Assembly: GCA_002189035.1 (NCBI GenBank)
Contig: NEEC01000334.1
Location: forward strand, 1 to 28,738
Reading direction: 5' to 3'
From: Utricularia gibba
Taxonomy: Eukaryota > Plantae > Magnoliophyta
DNA length: 28,738 nt
Part shown: positions 9,627 to 23,000 of the stretch, in pieces
Numbering within the stretch: the first letter of the stretch is position 1
How the letters are laid out: each line of letters opens with the position of its first letter
Notes under the pieces: generated by a model
Databases searched by the model: none
Told to the model about the DNA's origin: nothing
Seen by the model: only the letters and a program-made list of their open reading frames with translations
Position numbers and translations under genes: made by a program

Positions 9627-12600
9627 GAGTAGGACCCGATGTGGCAAAGGAGTCAGACCGAACCTTGGTCAGAACGAAGTTCCAAAAGACATCACCCGCC
9701 CAGAAACGACAAGCTTTTCCTTGAGAAACATGTAGGCAGCCTATTAAAACCAACGTTAATAAATGCATCAATTTTTTTGCGGCTACTCTGGCGAGCTCGA
9801 CTCGACCTATACCGTGCCCCAGAGCGCCTCCTCAAATATAAAGCATGCGATTGAAAAACATTTTGGGTGCTCATGAAATCCTAACTTCAATAACTGCATC
9901 ACGATTTTCGTCGAGTAGGACCGATTTGGCAAAGGAGTCAGACCGAACCTTGGTCAGAACGAAGTTCCAACGACATCACCGCCCAAAAACGACAAGCTTT
10001 TCCTTGAGAAAACCATGTAGGCAGCCTATTAAAAACGTTAATAAATGCATCAAGTTTTTTTGCCGAGCTACAAATGACTATGGGCCCGAGCTCGACTCGA
10101 CCTCCTGCTCGATACCGTTGCCCCACGAGAGCACCTTATCAAATATAAAGCATGCGGTTGAGAAAACCATTTTGGGTGCTCATGAATCCTAACTTCAATA
10201 ACTGCATCACGATTTTCGTCGAGTAGGACCGATTGGCAAAGGAGTCAGACCGAACCTTGGGTCAGAACGAAGTTCACAACGACATCACCCGCCAAAAACG
10301 ACAAGCTTTTCCTTGAGAAAACAATGTAGGCGCTATTAAAACCCAACGTTAATAATGCATCAAGTTTTTTGCCGAGCTACAAATGACTATGGGCCCGAGC
10401 TCGACTCGACCTCCTGCTCGATACCGTTGCCCCACGAGAGCGCCTCCTCAAATAAAAGCATGCGGTTGAGAAAACCATTTTGGGTGCTCATGATCCTAAC
10501 TTCAATAACTGCATCACGATTTTCGTCGAGTAGGACCCGATGTGGCAAAGGAGTCAGACAGAACCTTGGGTCCGAACGAAGTTCCAACGACATCACCCGC
10601 AGAAACGACAAGCTTTTCCTTGAGAAACTATGTAGGCAGCCTAATAAAGCCGAACGTTAATAAATGCATCAATTTTTTTTGCCGGGCTACAAATGACTCT
10701 GGGCCGAGCTCGACTCGACCTCCTGCTCGATACCGTTGCCCCACGAGAGCGCCTTATCAAATATAAAGCATGCGGTTGAGAAAACCATTTTGGGTGCTCA
10801 TGAATCCTAACTTCAATAACTGCATCACGATTTTCGTCGAGTAGGACCCGATGTGGCAAAGGAGTCAGACCGAACCTTGGTCAGAACGAAGTTCCAAAAG
10901 ACATCACCCGCCCAGAAACGACAAGCTTTTCCTTGAGAAACATGTAGGCAGCCTATAAAACCAACGTTAATAAATGCATCAATTTTTTTTGCCGGCTACA
11001 AATGACTCTGGGCCCGAGCTCGACTCGACCTCCTGCTCGATACCGTTGCCCCAAGAGCCTCCTCAAATATAAAGCATGCGGTTGAGAAAACCATTTTGGG
11101 TGCTCATGAAATCCTAACTTCAATAACTGCATCACGATTTTCGTCGAGTAGGACCAGATTTGGCAAAGGAGTCAGACCGAACCTTGGGTCAGAACGAAGT
11201 TCCAACGACATCACCCGCCCAAAACGACAAGCTTTTCCTTGAGAAACCATTTAGGCAGCCTATTAAAACCAACCGTTAATAAATGCATCAAGTTTTTTGC
11301 CGAGCTACAAATGACTATGGGCCGAGCTCGACTCGACCTCCTACTCGATACCGTTGCCCCACGAGAGCACCTTATCAAATATAAAGCATGCGGTTGAGAA
11401 AACCATTTTGGGTGCTCATGAATCCTAACTTCAATAACTGCATCACGATTTTCGTCGAGTAGGACCCGATGTGGCAAAGGAGTCAGACCGAACCTTGGGT
11501 CAGAACGAAGTTCAAACGACATCACCGCCCAAAAACGACAAGCTTTTCCTTGAGAAAACATGTAGGCAGCTATTAAAACCCAACGTTAATAAATGCATCA
11601 ATTTTTTTGCCGGCTACAAATGACTCTGGGCCCGAGCTCGACTCGACCTCCTGCTCGATACCGTTGCCCCACGAGAGCGCCTCCTCAAATATAAAGCATG
11701 CGGTTGAGAAAACATTTTGGGTGCTCATGAATCCTAACTTCAATAACTGCATCACGATTTTCGTCGAGTAGGACCCGATGTGGCAAAGGAGTCAGACCGA
11801 ACCTTGGTCAGAACGAAGTTCCAACGACATCACCCGCCCAAAACGACAAGCTTTTCCTTGAGAAACCATGTAGGCAGCCTATTAAAACCAACGTTAATAA
11901 ATGCATCAATTTTTTTGCCGAGCTACAAATGACTCTGGGCCCGAGCTCGACTCGACCTCCTCTCGATACCGTTGCCCACGAGAGCGCCTTATCAAATATA
12001 AAGCATGCGGTTGAGAAAACCATTTTGGGTGCTCATGAATCCTAACTTCAATAACTGCATCACGATTTTCGTCGAGTAGGACCCGATGTGGCAAAGGAGT
12101 CAGACCGAACCTTGGTCAGAACGAAGTTCCAAAAGACATCACCGCCCAGAAACGACAAGCTTTTCCTTGAGAAACTATGTAGGCAGCCTATAAAACCAAC
12201 GTTAATAAATGCATCAATTTTTTTTGCCGGGCTACAAATGACTCTGGGCCGAGCTCGACTCGACCTCCTGATACCGTTGCCCCAAGAGCCTTCAAATATA
12301 AAGCATGCGATTGAGAAACCATTTTGGGTGCTCATGAAATCCTAACTTCAATAACTGCATCACGATTTTCGTCGAGTAGGACCGATTTGGCAAAGGAGTC
12401 AGACCGAACCTTGGGTCAGAACGAAGTTCACAACGACATCACCCGCCCAAAACGACAAGCTTTTCCTTGAGAAAACCATGTAGGCAGCCTATTAAAACCA
12501 ACGTTAATAAATGCATCAATTTTTTGCCGAGCTACAAATGACTATGGGCCCGAGCTCGACTCGACCTCCTGCTCGATACCGTTGCCCACGAGAGCCTTAT

Positions 12601-13608
12601 CAAATATAAAGCATGCGGTTGAGAAAACCATTTTGGGTGCTCATGAAATCCTAACTTCAATAACTGCATCACGATTTTCGTCGAGTAGGACCCGATGTGG
12701 CAAAGGAGTCAGACCGAACCTTGGGTCAGAACGAAGTTCCAACGACATCACCCGCCCAAAAACGACAAGCTTTTCCTTGAGAAAACAATGTAGGCAGCTA
12801 TTAAAACCAACGTTAATAATGCATCAAGTTTTTTGCCGAGCTACAAATGACTATGGGCCGAGCTCGACTCGACCTCCTGCTCGATACCGTTGCCCCACGA
12901 GAGCGCCTCCTCAAATATAAAGCATGCGGTTGAGAAAACCATTTTGGGTGCTCATGACATCCTAACTTCAATAACTGCATCACGATTTTCGTCGAGTAGG
13001 ACCCGATGTGGCAAAGGAGTCAGACCGAACCTTGGTCAGAACGAAGTTCCAACGACATCACCCGCCCAGAAACGACAAGCTTTTCCTTGAGAAACCATGT
13101 AGGCAGCCTAATAAAACCAACGTTAATAAATGCATCAATTTTTTTGCCGGGCTACAAATGACTCTGGCCCGAGCTCGACTCGACCTGCTCGATACCGTTG
13201 CCCCACGAGAGCGCCTTATCAAATATAAAGCATGCGGTTGAGAAAACCATTTTGGGTGCTCATGAATCCTAACTTCAATAACTGCATCACGATTTTCGTC
13301 GAGTAGGACCCGATGTGGCAAAGGAGTCAGACCGAACCTTGGTCAGAACGAAGTTCCAAAAGACATCACCGCCCAAAACGACAAGCTTTTCCTTGAGAAA
13401 CATGTAGGCAGCCTATTAAAACCAACGTTAATAAATGCATCAAGTTTTTTTGCCGGGCTACAAATGACTCTGGGCCGAGCTCGACTCGACCTCCTGCTCG
13501 ATACCGTTGCCCCACGAGAGCCTCCTCAAATATAAAGCATGCGGTTGAGAAAACCATTTTGGGTGCTCATGAAATCCTAACTTCAATAACTGCATCACGA
13601 TTTTCGTC
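9627..13608 (+). repeat. Tetrameric higher-order block (X-Y-V-W)n, ~1.23 kb period
   Basis: CCAAAAGAC marker at 9682, 10894, 12129 and 13356 (spacing 1212, 1235, 1227). Each is followed by a GATTTGG monomer in the first three periods, then V-like and W-like monomers. Confidence 0.7.
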
Positions 13609-16600
13609 GAGTAGGACCCGATGTGGCAAAGGAGTCAGACCGAACCTTGGGTCAGAACGAAGTTCAAACGACATCACCCGCCAAAAACGACAAGCTTTTC
13701 CTTGAGAAACCATGTAGGCAGCCTATTAAAACCAACGTTAATAAATGCATCAATTTTTTGCCGGCTACAAATGACTCTGGGCCCGAGCTCGACTCGACCT
13801 CCTGCTCGATACCGTTGCCCCACGAGAGCGCCTTATCAAATATAAAGCATGCGGTTGAGAAAACCATTTTGGGTGCTCATGAATCCTAACTTCAATAACT
13901 GCATCACGATTTTCGTCGAGTAGGACCCGATGTGGCAAAGGAGTCAGACCGAAACCTTGGGTCAGAACGAAGTTCAAACGACATCACCCGCCCAAAAACG
14001 ACAAGCTTTTCCTTGAGAAAACTATGTAGGCAGCCTATTAAACCCAACGTTAATAATGCATCAAGTTTTTTGCCGAGCTACAAATGACTATGGGCCCGAG
14101 CTCGACTCGACCTCCTACTCGATACCGTTGCCCCACGAGAGCGCCTTATCAAATATAAAGCATGCGGTTGAGAAAACCATTTTGGGTGCTCATGAATCCT
14201 AACTTCAATAACTGCATCACGATTTTCGTCGAGTAGGACCCGATGTGGCAAAGGAGTCAGACCGAACCTATGGTCAGAACGAAGTTCCAAAAGACATCAC
14301 CGCCCAGAAACGACAAGCTTTTCCTTGAGAAACCATGTAGGCAGCCTATTAAAACCCAACGTTAATAAATGCATCAATTTTTTTGCCGGCTACAAATGAC
14401 TCTGGGAGCGAGCTCGACTCGACCTTTTGCTCGATACCGTGCCCACGAGAGCGCCTCCTCAAATATAAAGCATGCGGTTGAGAAAACCATTTTGGGTGCT
14501 CATGAAATCCTAACTTCAATAACTGCATCACGATTTTCGTCGAGTAGGACCAGATTTGGCAAAGGAGTCAGACCGAACCTTGGGTCAGAACGAAGTTCAC
14601 AACGACATCACGCCAAAAACGACAAGCTTTTCCTTGAGAAAACCATTGAGGCAGCCTATTAAAACCAACGTTAATAAATGCATCAAGTTTTTTGCCGAGC
14701 TACAAATGACTATGGGCCCGAGCTCGACTCGACCTCCTGCTCGATACCGTTGCCCCACGAGAGCGCCTTATCAAATATAAAGCATGCGGTTGAGAAAACC
14801 ATTTTGGGTGCTCATGAATCCTAACTTCAATAACTGCATCACGATTTTCGTCGAGTAGGACCCGATGTGGCAAAGGAGTCAGACCGAACCTTGGGTCGAA
14901 CGAAGTTCCCAACGACATCACCCCGCCAAAAACGACAAGCTTTTCCTTGAGAAACATGTAGGCAGCCTATTAAAACCCGTTAATAAATGCATCAATTTTT
15001 TGCCGGCTACAAATGACTATGGGCCCGAGCTCGACTCGACCTCCTGCTCGATACCGTTGCCCACGAGAGCGCCTCCTCAATATAAAAGCATGCGGTTGAA
15101 AAAACCATTTTGGGTGCTCATGACATCCTAACTTCAATAACTGCATCACGATTTTCGTCGAGTAGGACCGATGTGGCAAAGGAGTCAGACCGAACCTTGG
15201 GTCAGAACGAAGTTCCAACGACATCACCGCCGAAAAACGACAAGCTTTTCCTTGAGAAACTATGTAGGCAGCCTATTAAAACCAACGTTAATAAATGCAT
15301 CAATTTTTTTGCGGGCTACAAATGACTCTGGGCCCGAGCTCGACTCGACCTGCTCGATACCGTTGCCCCACGAGAGCGCCTTCAAATATAAAGCATGCGG
15401 TTGAGAAAACCATTTTGGGTGCTCATGAAATCCTAACTTCAATAACTGCATCACGATTTTCGTCGAGTAGGACCCGATGTGGCAAAGGAGTCAGACCGAA
15501 CCTGGGTCAGAACGAAGTTCACAACGACATCACCGCCAAAAACGACAAGCTTTTCCTTGAGAAAACCATGTAGGCGGCCTATTAAAACCAACGTTAATAA
15601 ATGCATCAAGTTTTTTGCCGAGCTACAAATGACTATGGGCCCGAGCTCGACTCGACCTCCTGCTCGATACCGTTGCCCCACGAGAGTGCCTTATCAAATA
15701 TAAAGCATGCGGTTGAGAAAACCATTTTGGGTGCTCATGAATCCTAACTTCAATAACTGCATCACGATTTTCGTCGAGTAGGACCCGATGTGGCAAAGGA
15801 GTCAGACCGAACCTTGGGTCAGAACGAAGTTCACAACGACATCACCCGCCCAAAAACGACAAGCTTTTCCTTGAGAAAACCATTGAGGCAGCCTATTAAA
15901 ACCAACCGTTAATAAATGCATCAAGTTTTTTGCCGAGCTACAAATGACTATGGGCCCGAGCTCGACTCGACCTCCTACTCGATACCGTTGCCCCACGAGA
16001 GCCCTTATCAAATATAAAGCATGCGGTTGAGAAAACCATTTTGGGTGCTCATGAATCCTAACTTCAATAACTGCATCACGATTTTCGTCGAGTAGGACCC
16101 GATGTGGCAAAGGAGTCAGACCGAACCTTGGTCAGAACGAAGTTCCAAAAGACATCACCCGCCAGAAACGACAAGCTTTTCCTTGAGAAACAATGTAGGC
16201 AGCCTATTAAAACCAACGTTAATAAATGCATCATTTTTTTGCGGCTAAAAATGACTCTGGGCGAGCTCGACTCGACCTGCTACCGTGCCCCACGAGAGCG
16301 CTCCTCAAATATAAAGCATGCGATTGAGAAAAACATTTTGGGTGCTCATGAAATCCTAACTTCAATAACTGCATCACGATTTTCGTCGAGTAGGACCGAT
16401 GTGGCAAAGGAGTCAGACCGAACCTTGGTCAGAACGAAGTTCCAACGACATCACCCGCCCAAAAACGACAAGCTTTTCCTTGAGAAAACCATTGAGGCAG
16501 CCTATTAAAACCAACGTTAATAAATGCATCAAGTTTTTTGCCGAGCTACAAATGACTATGGGCCCGAGCTCGACTCGACCTCCTGCTCGATACCGTTGCC

Positions 16601-18239
16601 CCGAGAGCACCTTATCAAATATAAAGCATGCGGTTGAGAAAACCATTTTGGGTGCTCATGAAATCCTAACTTCAATAACTGCATCACGATTTTCGTCGAG
16701 TAGGACCCGATGTGGCAAAGGAGTCAGACAACCTGGTCAGAACGAAGTTCCAAAAGACATCACCGCCCAGAAACGACAAGCTTTTCCTTGAGAAACATGT
16801 AGGCAGCCTATTAAAACCCAACGTTAATAAATGCATCAAGTTTTTTTGCCGAGCTACAAATGACTATGGGCCCGAGCTCGACTCGACCTCCTGCTCGATA
16901 CCGTTGCCCCACGAGAGCGCCTCCTCAAATATAAAGCATGCGGTTGAGAAAACCATTTTGGGTGCTCATGACATCCTAACTTCAATAACTGCATCACGAT
17001 TTTCGTCGAGTAGGACCCGATGTGGCAAAGGAGTCAGACCGAACCTTGGGTCAGAACGAAGTTCCAAAAGACATCACCCGCCCAGAAACGACAAGCTTTT
17101 CCTTGAGAAACTATGTAGGCAGCCTAATAAAGCCGAACGTTAATAAATGCATCAATTTTTTTGCCGGGCTACAAATGACTCTGGGCCGAGCTCGACTCGA
17201 CCTCCTGCTCGATACCGTTGCCCCACGAGAGCGCCTTATCAAATATAAAGCATGCGGTTGAGAAAACCATTTTGGGTGCTCATGAAATCCTAACTTCAAT
17301 AACTGCATCACGATTTTCGTCGAGTAGGACCCGATTTGGCAAAGGAGACAGACCGAACCTTGGGTCAGAACGAAGTTCACAACGACATCACCCGCCAAAA
17401 ACGACAAGCTTTTCCTTGAGAAACAATGTAGGCAGCCTATTAAAACCAACGTTAATAAATGCATCAAGTTTTTTGCCGAGCTACAAATGACTATGGGCCC
17501 GAGCTCGACTCGACCTCCTGCTCGATACCGTTGCCCCACGAGAGCGCCTCCTCAAATATAAAGCATGCGGTTGAGAAAACCATTTTGGGTGCTCATGAAT
17601 CCTAACTTCAAACTGCATCACGATTTTCGTCGAGTAGGACCCGATGTGGCAAAGGAGTCAGACCGAACCTTGGTCAGAACGAAGTTCCAAAAGACATCAC
17701 CCGCCAGAAAACGACAAGCTTTTCCTTGAGAAAATGTAGGCAGCCTAATAAAGCCGAACGTTAATAAATGCATCAATTTTTTCAGCTACAAATGACTATG
17801 GGCCCGAGCTCGACTCGACCTCCTGCTCGATACCGTTGCCCCACGAGAGCCTTATCAAATATAAAGCATGCGGTTGAGAAAACCATTTTGGGTGCTCATG
17901 AATCCTAACTTCAATAACTGCATCACGATTTTCGTCGAGTAGGACCCGATGTGGCAAAGGAGTCAGACCGAACCTTGGTCAGAACGAAGTTCCAAAAGAC
18001 ATCACCCGCCCAGAAACGACAAGCTTTTCCTTGAGAAACATGTAGGCAGCCTATTAAACCCAACGTTAATAAATGCATCAATTTTTTTGCAGGCTACAAA
18101 TGACTCTGGGCGAGCTCGACTCGACCTTTTGCCCGATACCGTGCCCCACGAGAGCGCCTCCTCAATAAAGCATGCGGTTGAAAAACATTTTGGGTGCTCA
18201 TGAAATCCTAACTTCAATAACTGCATCACGATTTTCGTC

Positions 18240-18554
18240 GAGTAGGACCAGATGTGGCAAAGGAGACAGACCGAACCTTGGGTCAGAACGAAGTTCACAA
18301 ACATCACCCGCCCAAAAACGACAAGCTTTTCCTTGAGAAAACCATTGAGGCAGCCTATTAAAACCAACCGTTAATAAATGCATCAAGTTTTTTGCCGAGC
18401 TACAAATGACTATGGGCCCGAGCTCGACTCGACCTCCTACTCGATACCGTTGCCCCCACGAGAGCACCTTATCAAATATAAAGCATGCGGTTGAGAAAAC
18501 CATTTTGGGTGCTCATGAAATCCTAACTTCAATAACTGCATCACGATTTTCGTC
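18240..18554 (+). repeat. Representative near-full-length monomer (315 bp, Y type)
   Basis: Longest marker-to-marker interval found (18240 to 18555). Intervals of 314 bp start at 15776, 17008, 21636 and 27798. Confidence 0.9.
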
Positions 18555-20093
18555 GAGTAGGACCCGATGTGGCAAAGGAGTCAGACCGAACCTGGTCAGA
18601 ACGAAGTTCCAAAAGACATCACCCCCAGAAACGACAAGCTTTTCCTTGAGAAAACCATGTAGGCAGCCTATTAAAACCCAACGTTAATAAATGCATCAAT
18701 TTTTTTGGGGCTAAAATGACTCTGGGACGAGCTCGACTCGACCTTTGCCCGATACCGTGCCCCAAGAGCGCCTCTCAAATATAAAGCATGCGATTGAGAA
18801 AAACATTTTGGGTGCTCATGAAATCCTAACTTCAATAACTGCATCACGATTTTCGTCGAGTAGGACCGATTGGCAAAGGAGTCAGACCGAACCTTGGGTC
18901 AGAACGAAGTTCCAACGACATCACCGCCCAAAAAACGACAAGCTTTTCCTTGAGAAACCATTGAGGCAGCCTATTAAAAAACGTTAATAAATGCATCAAG
19001 TTTTTTGCCGAGCTACAAATGACTATGGGCCCGAGCTCGACTCGACCTCCTGCTCGATACCGTTGCCCCGAGAGCCTTATCAAATATAAAGCATGCGGTT
19101 GAGAAAACCATTTTGGGTGCTCATGAAATCCTAACTTCAATAACTGCATCACGATTTTCGTCGAGTAGGACCCGATGTGGCAAAGGAGTCAGACCGAACC
19201 TTGGGTCAGAACGAAGTTCCAACGACATCACCCGCCCAAAAACGACAAGCTTTTCCTTGAGAAACAATGTAGGCGCTATTAAAACCAACGTTAATAAATG
19301 CATCAAGTTTTTTGCCGAGCTACAAATGACTATGGGCCCGAGCTCGACTCGACCTCCTGCTCGATACCGTTGCCCCACGAGAGCGCCTCCTCAAATATAA
19401 AGCATGCGGTTGAGAAAACCATTTGGGTGCTCATGATCCTAACTTCAATAACTGCATCACGATTTTCGTCGAGTAGGACCCGATGTGGCAAAGGAGTCAG
19501 ACAGAACCTTGGGTCCGAACGAAGTTCCCAACGACATCACCGCCCAGAAACGACAAGCTTTTCCTTGAGAAACTATGTAGGCAGCCTATAAAACCGAACG
19601 TTAATAAATGCATCAATTTTTTTGCCGGGCTACAAATGACTCTGGGCCCGAGCTCGACTCGACCTCCTGCTCGATACCGTTGCCCCACGAGAGTGCCTTA
19701 TCAAATATAAAGCATGCGGTTGAGAAAACCATTTTGGGTGCTCATGATATCCTAACTTCAATAACTGCATCACGATTTCGTCGAGTAGGACCCGATGTGG
19801 CAAAGGAGTCAGACCGAACCTTGGTCAGAACGAAGTTCCAACGACATCACCCGCCAGAAACGACAAGCTTTTCCTTGAGAAACTATGTAGGCAGCCTAAT
19901 AAAGCCGAACGTTAATAAATGCATCAATTTTTTTGCCGGGCTACAAATGACTATGGGCCGAGCTCGACTCGACCTCCTGCTCGATACCGTTGCCCCACGA
20001 GAGTGCCTTATCAAATATAAAGCATGCGGTTGAGAAAACCATTTTGGGTGCTCATGAAATCCTAACTTCAATAACTGCATCACGATTTTCGTC

Positions 20094-23000
20094 GAGTAGG
20101 ACCGATGTGGCAAAGGAGTCAGACCGAACCTTGGGTCAGAACGAAGTTCCAACGACATCACCCGCCCAAAAACGACAAGCTTTTCTTGAGAAACCATGTA
20201 GGCAGCTATTAAAACCCAACGTTAATAAATGCATCAAGTTTTTTTGCCGAGCTACAAATGACTATGGGCCCGAGCTCGACTCGACCGCTCGATACCGTTG
20301 CCCCACGAGAGCGCCTCCTCAAATATAAAGCATGCGGTTGAGAAAACCATTTTGGGTGCTCATGAATCCTAACTTCAATAACTGCATCACGATTTTCGTC
20401 GAGTAGGACCCGATGTGGCAAAGGAGTCAGACAGAACCTTGGGTCCGAACGAAGTTCCCAACGACATCACCCGCCAGAAACGACAAGCTTTTCCTTGAGA
20501 AACTATGTAGGCAGCCTATAAAACCGAACGTTAATAAATGCATCAATTTTTTTTTGCCGCTACAAATGACTCTGGGCCCGAGCTCGACTCGACCTCCTAC
20601 TCGATACCGTTGCCCCACGAGAGTGCCTTATCAAATATAAAGCATGCGGTTGAGAAAACCATTTTGGGTGCTCATGATATCCTAACTTCAATAACTGCAT
20701 CACGATTTTCGTCGAGTAGGACCCGATGTGGCAAAGGAGTCAGACCGAACCTTGGTCAGAACGAAGTTCCAAAAGACATCACCCGCCCAGAAACGACAAG
20801 CTTTTCCTTGAGAAACTATGTAGGCAGCCTAATAAACCGAACGTTAATAAATGCATCAATTTTTTGCCGGGCTACAAATGACTCCCGAGCTCGACTCGAC
20901 CTCCTGCTCGATACCGTTGCCCACGAGAGTGCCTTATCAAATATAAAGCATGCGGTTGAGAAAACCATTTTGGGTGCTCATGAATCCTAACTTCAATAAC
21001 TGCATCACGATTTTCGTCGAGTAGGACCGATTTGGCAAAGGAGACAGACCGAACCTTGGGTCAGAACGAAGTTCACAACGACATCACCCGCCCAAAACGA
21101 CAAGCTTTTCCTTGAGAAAACATTGAGGCAGCCTATTAAAACCAAACGTTAATAAATGCATCAAGTTTTTTGCCGAGCTACAAATGACTATGGGCCCGAG
21201 CTCGACTCGACCTCCTACTCGATACCGTTGCCCCACGAGAGCCCCTTATCAAATATAAAGCATGCGGTTGAGAAAACCATTTTGGGTGCTCATGAAATCC
21301 TAACTTCAATAACTGCATCACGATTTTCGTCGAGTAGGACCCGATGTGGCAAAGGAGTCAGACCGAACCTTGGTCAGAACGAAGTTCCAAAAGACATCAC
21401 CCGCCAGAAACGACAAGCTTTTCCTTGAGAAACCATGTAGGCAGCCTATTAAAACCCAACGTTAATAAATGCATCACTTTTTTTGCAGGCTAAAATGACT
21501 CTGGGAGCGAGCCCGACTCGACCTGCGATACCGTGCCCCACTAGAGCGCCTCCTCAACTACAAAGCATGCGATTGACAAAACATTTTGGGTGCTCATGAA
21601 ATCCTAACTTCAATAACTGCATCACGATTTTCGTCGAGTAGGACCAGATTTGGCAAAGGAGACAGACCGAACCTTGGGTCAGAACGAAGTTCACAACGAC
21701 ATCACCCGCCAAAAACGACAAGCTTTTCCTTGAGAAAACCATTGAGGCAGCCTATTAAAACCAACGTTAATAAATGCATCAAGTTTTTTGCCGAGCTACA
21801 AATGACTATGGGCCCGAGCTCGACTCGACCTCCTACTCGATACCGTTGCCCCACGAGAGCACCTTATCAAATATAAAGCATGCGGTTGAGAAAACCATTT
21901 TGGGTGCTCATGAAATCCTAACTTCAATAACTGCATCACGATTTTCGTCGAGTAGGACCCGATGTGGCAAAGGAGTCAGACCGAACCTGGTCAGAACGAA
22001 GTTCCAAAAGACATCACCCGCCCAGAAACGACAAGCTTTCCTTGAGAAACATGTAGGCAGCCTATTAAAACCCAACGTTAATAAATGCATCAAGTTTTTT
22101 TGCCGAGCTACAAATGACTATGGGCCCGAGCTCGACTCGACCTCCTGCTCGATACCGTTGCCCACGAGAGCGCCTCCTCAAATATAAAGCATGCGGTTGA
22201 GAAAACCATTTTGGGTGCTCATGAATCCTAACTTCAATAACTGCATCACGATTTTCGTCGAGTAGGACCCTGGCAAAGGAGTCAGACAGAACCTTGGGTC
22301 CGAACGAAGTTCCCAACGACATCACCCGAAACGACAAGCTTTTCCTTGAGAAACTATGTAGGCAGCCTAATAAAGCCGAACGTTAATAAATGCATCAATT
22401 TTTTTGCCGGGCTACAAATGACTCTGGGCCCGAGCTCGACTCGACCTCCTGCTCGATACCGTTGCCCCACGAGAGTGCCTTATCAAATATAAAGCATGCG
22501 GTTGAGAAAACCATTTTGGGTGCTCATGATATCCTAACTTCAATAACTGCATCACGATTTTCGTCGAGTAGGACCCGATGTGGCAAAGGAGTCAGACCGA
22601 ACCTTGGTCAGAACGAAGTTCCAAAAGACATCACCCGCCCAGAAAACGACAAGCTTTTCCTTGAGAAACTATGTAGGCAGCCTAATAAAACCGAACGTTA
22701 ATAAATGCATCAATTTTTTGCCGGCTACAAATGACTCTGGAGCTCGACTCGACCTCCTGCTCGATACCGTTGCCCCACGAGAGTGCCTTATCAAATATAA
22801 AGCATGCGGTTGAGAAAACCATTTTGGGTGCTCATGAATCCTAACTTCAATAACTGCATCACGATTTTCGTCGAGTAGGACCCGATTGGCAAAGGAGTCA
22901 GACCGAACCTTGGGTCAGAACGAAGTTCCAACGACATCACCCGCCAAAAACGACAAGCTTTTCCTTGAGAAACCATTGAGGCAGCCTATTAAAACCAACG

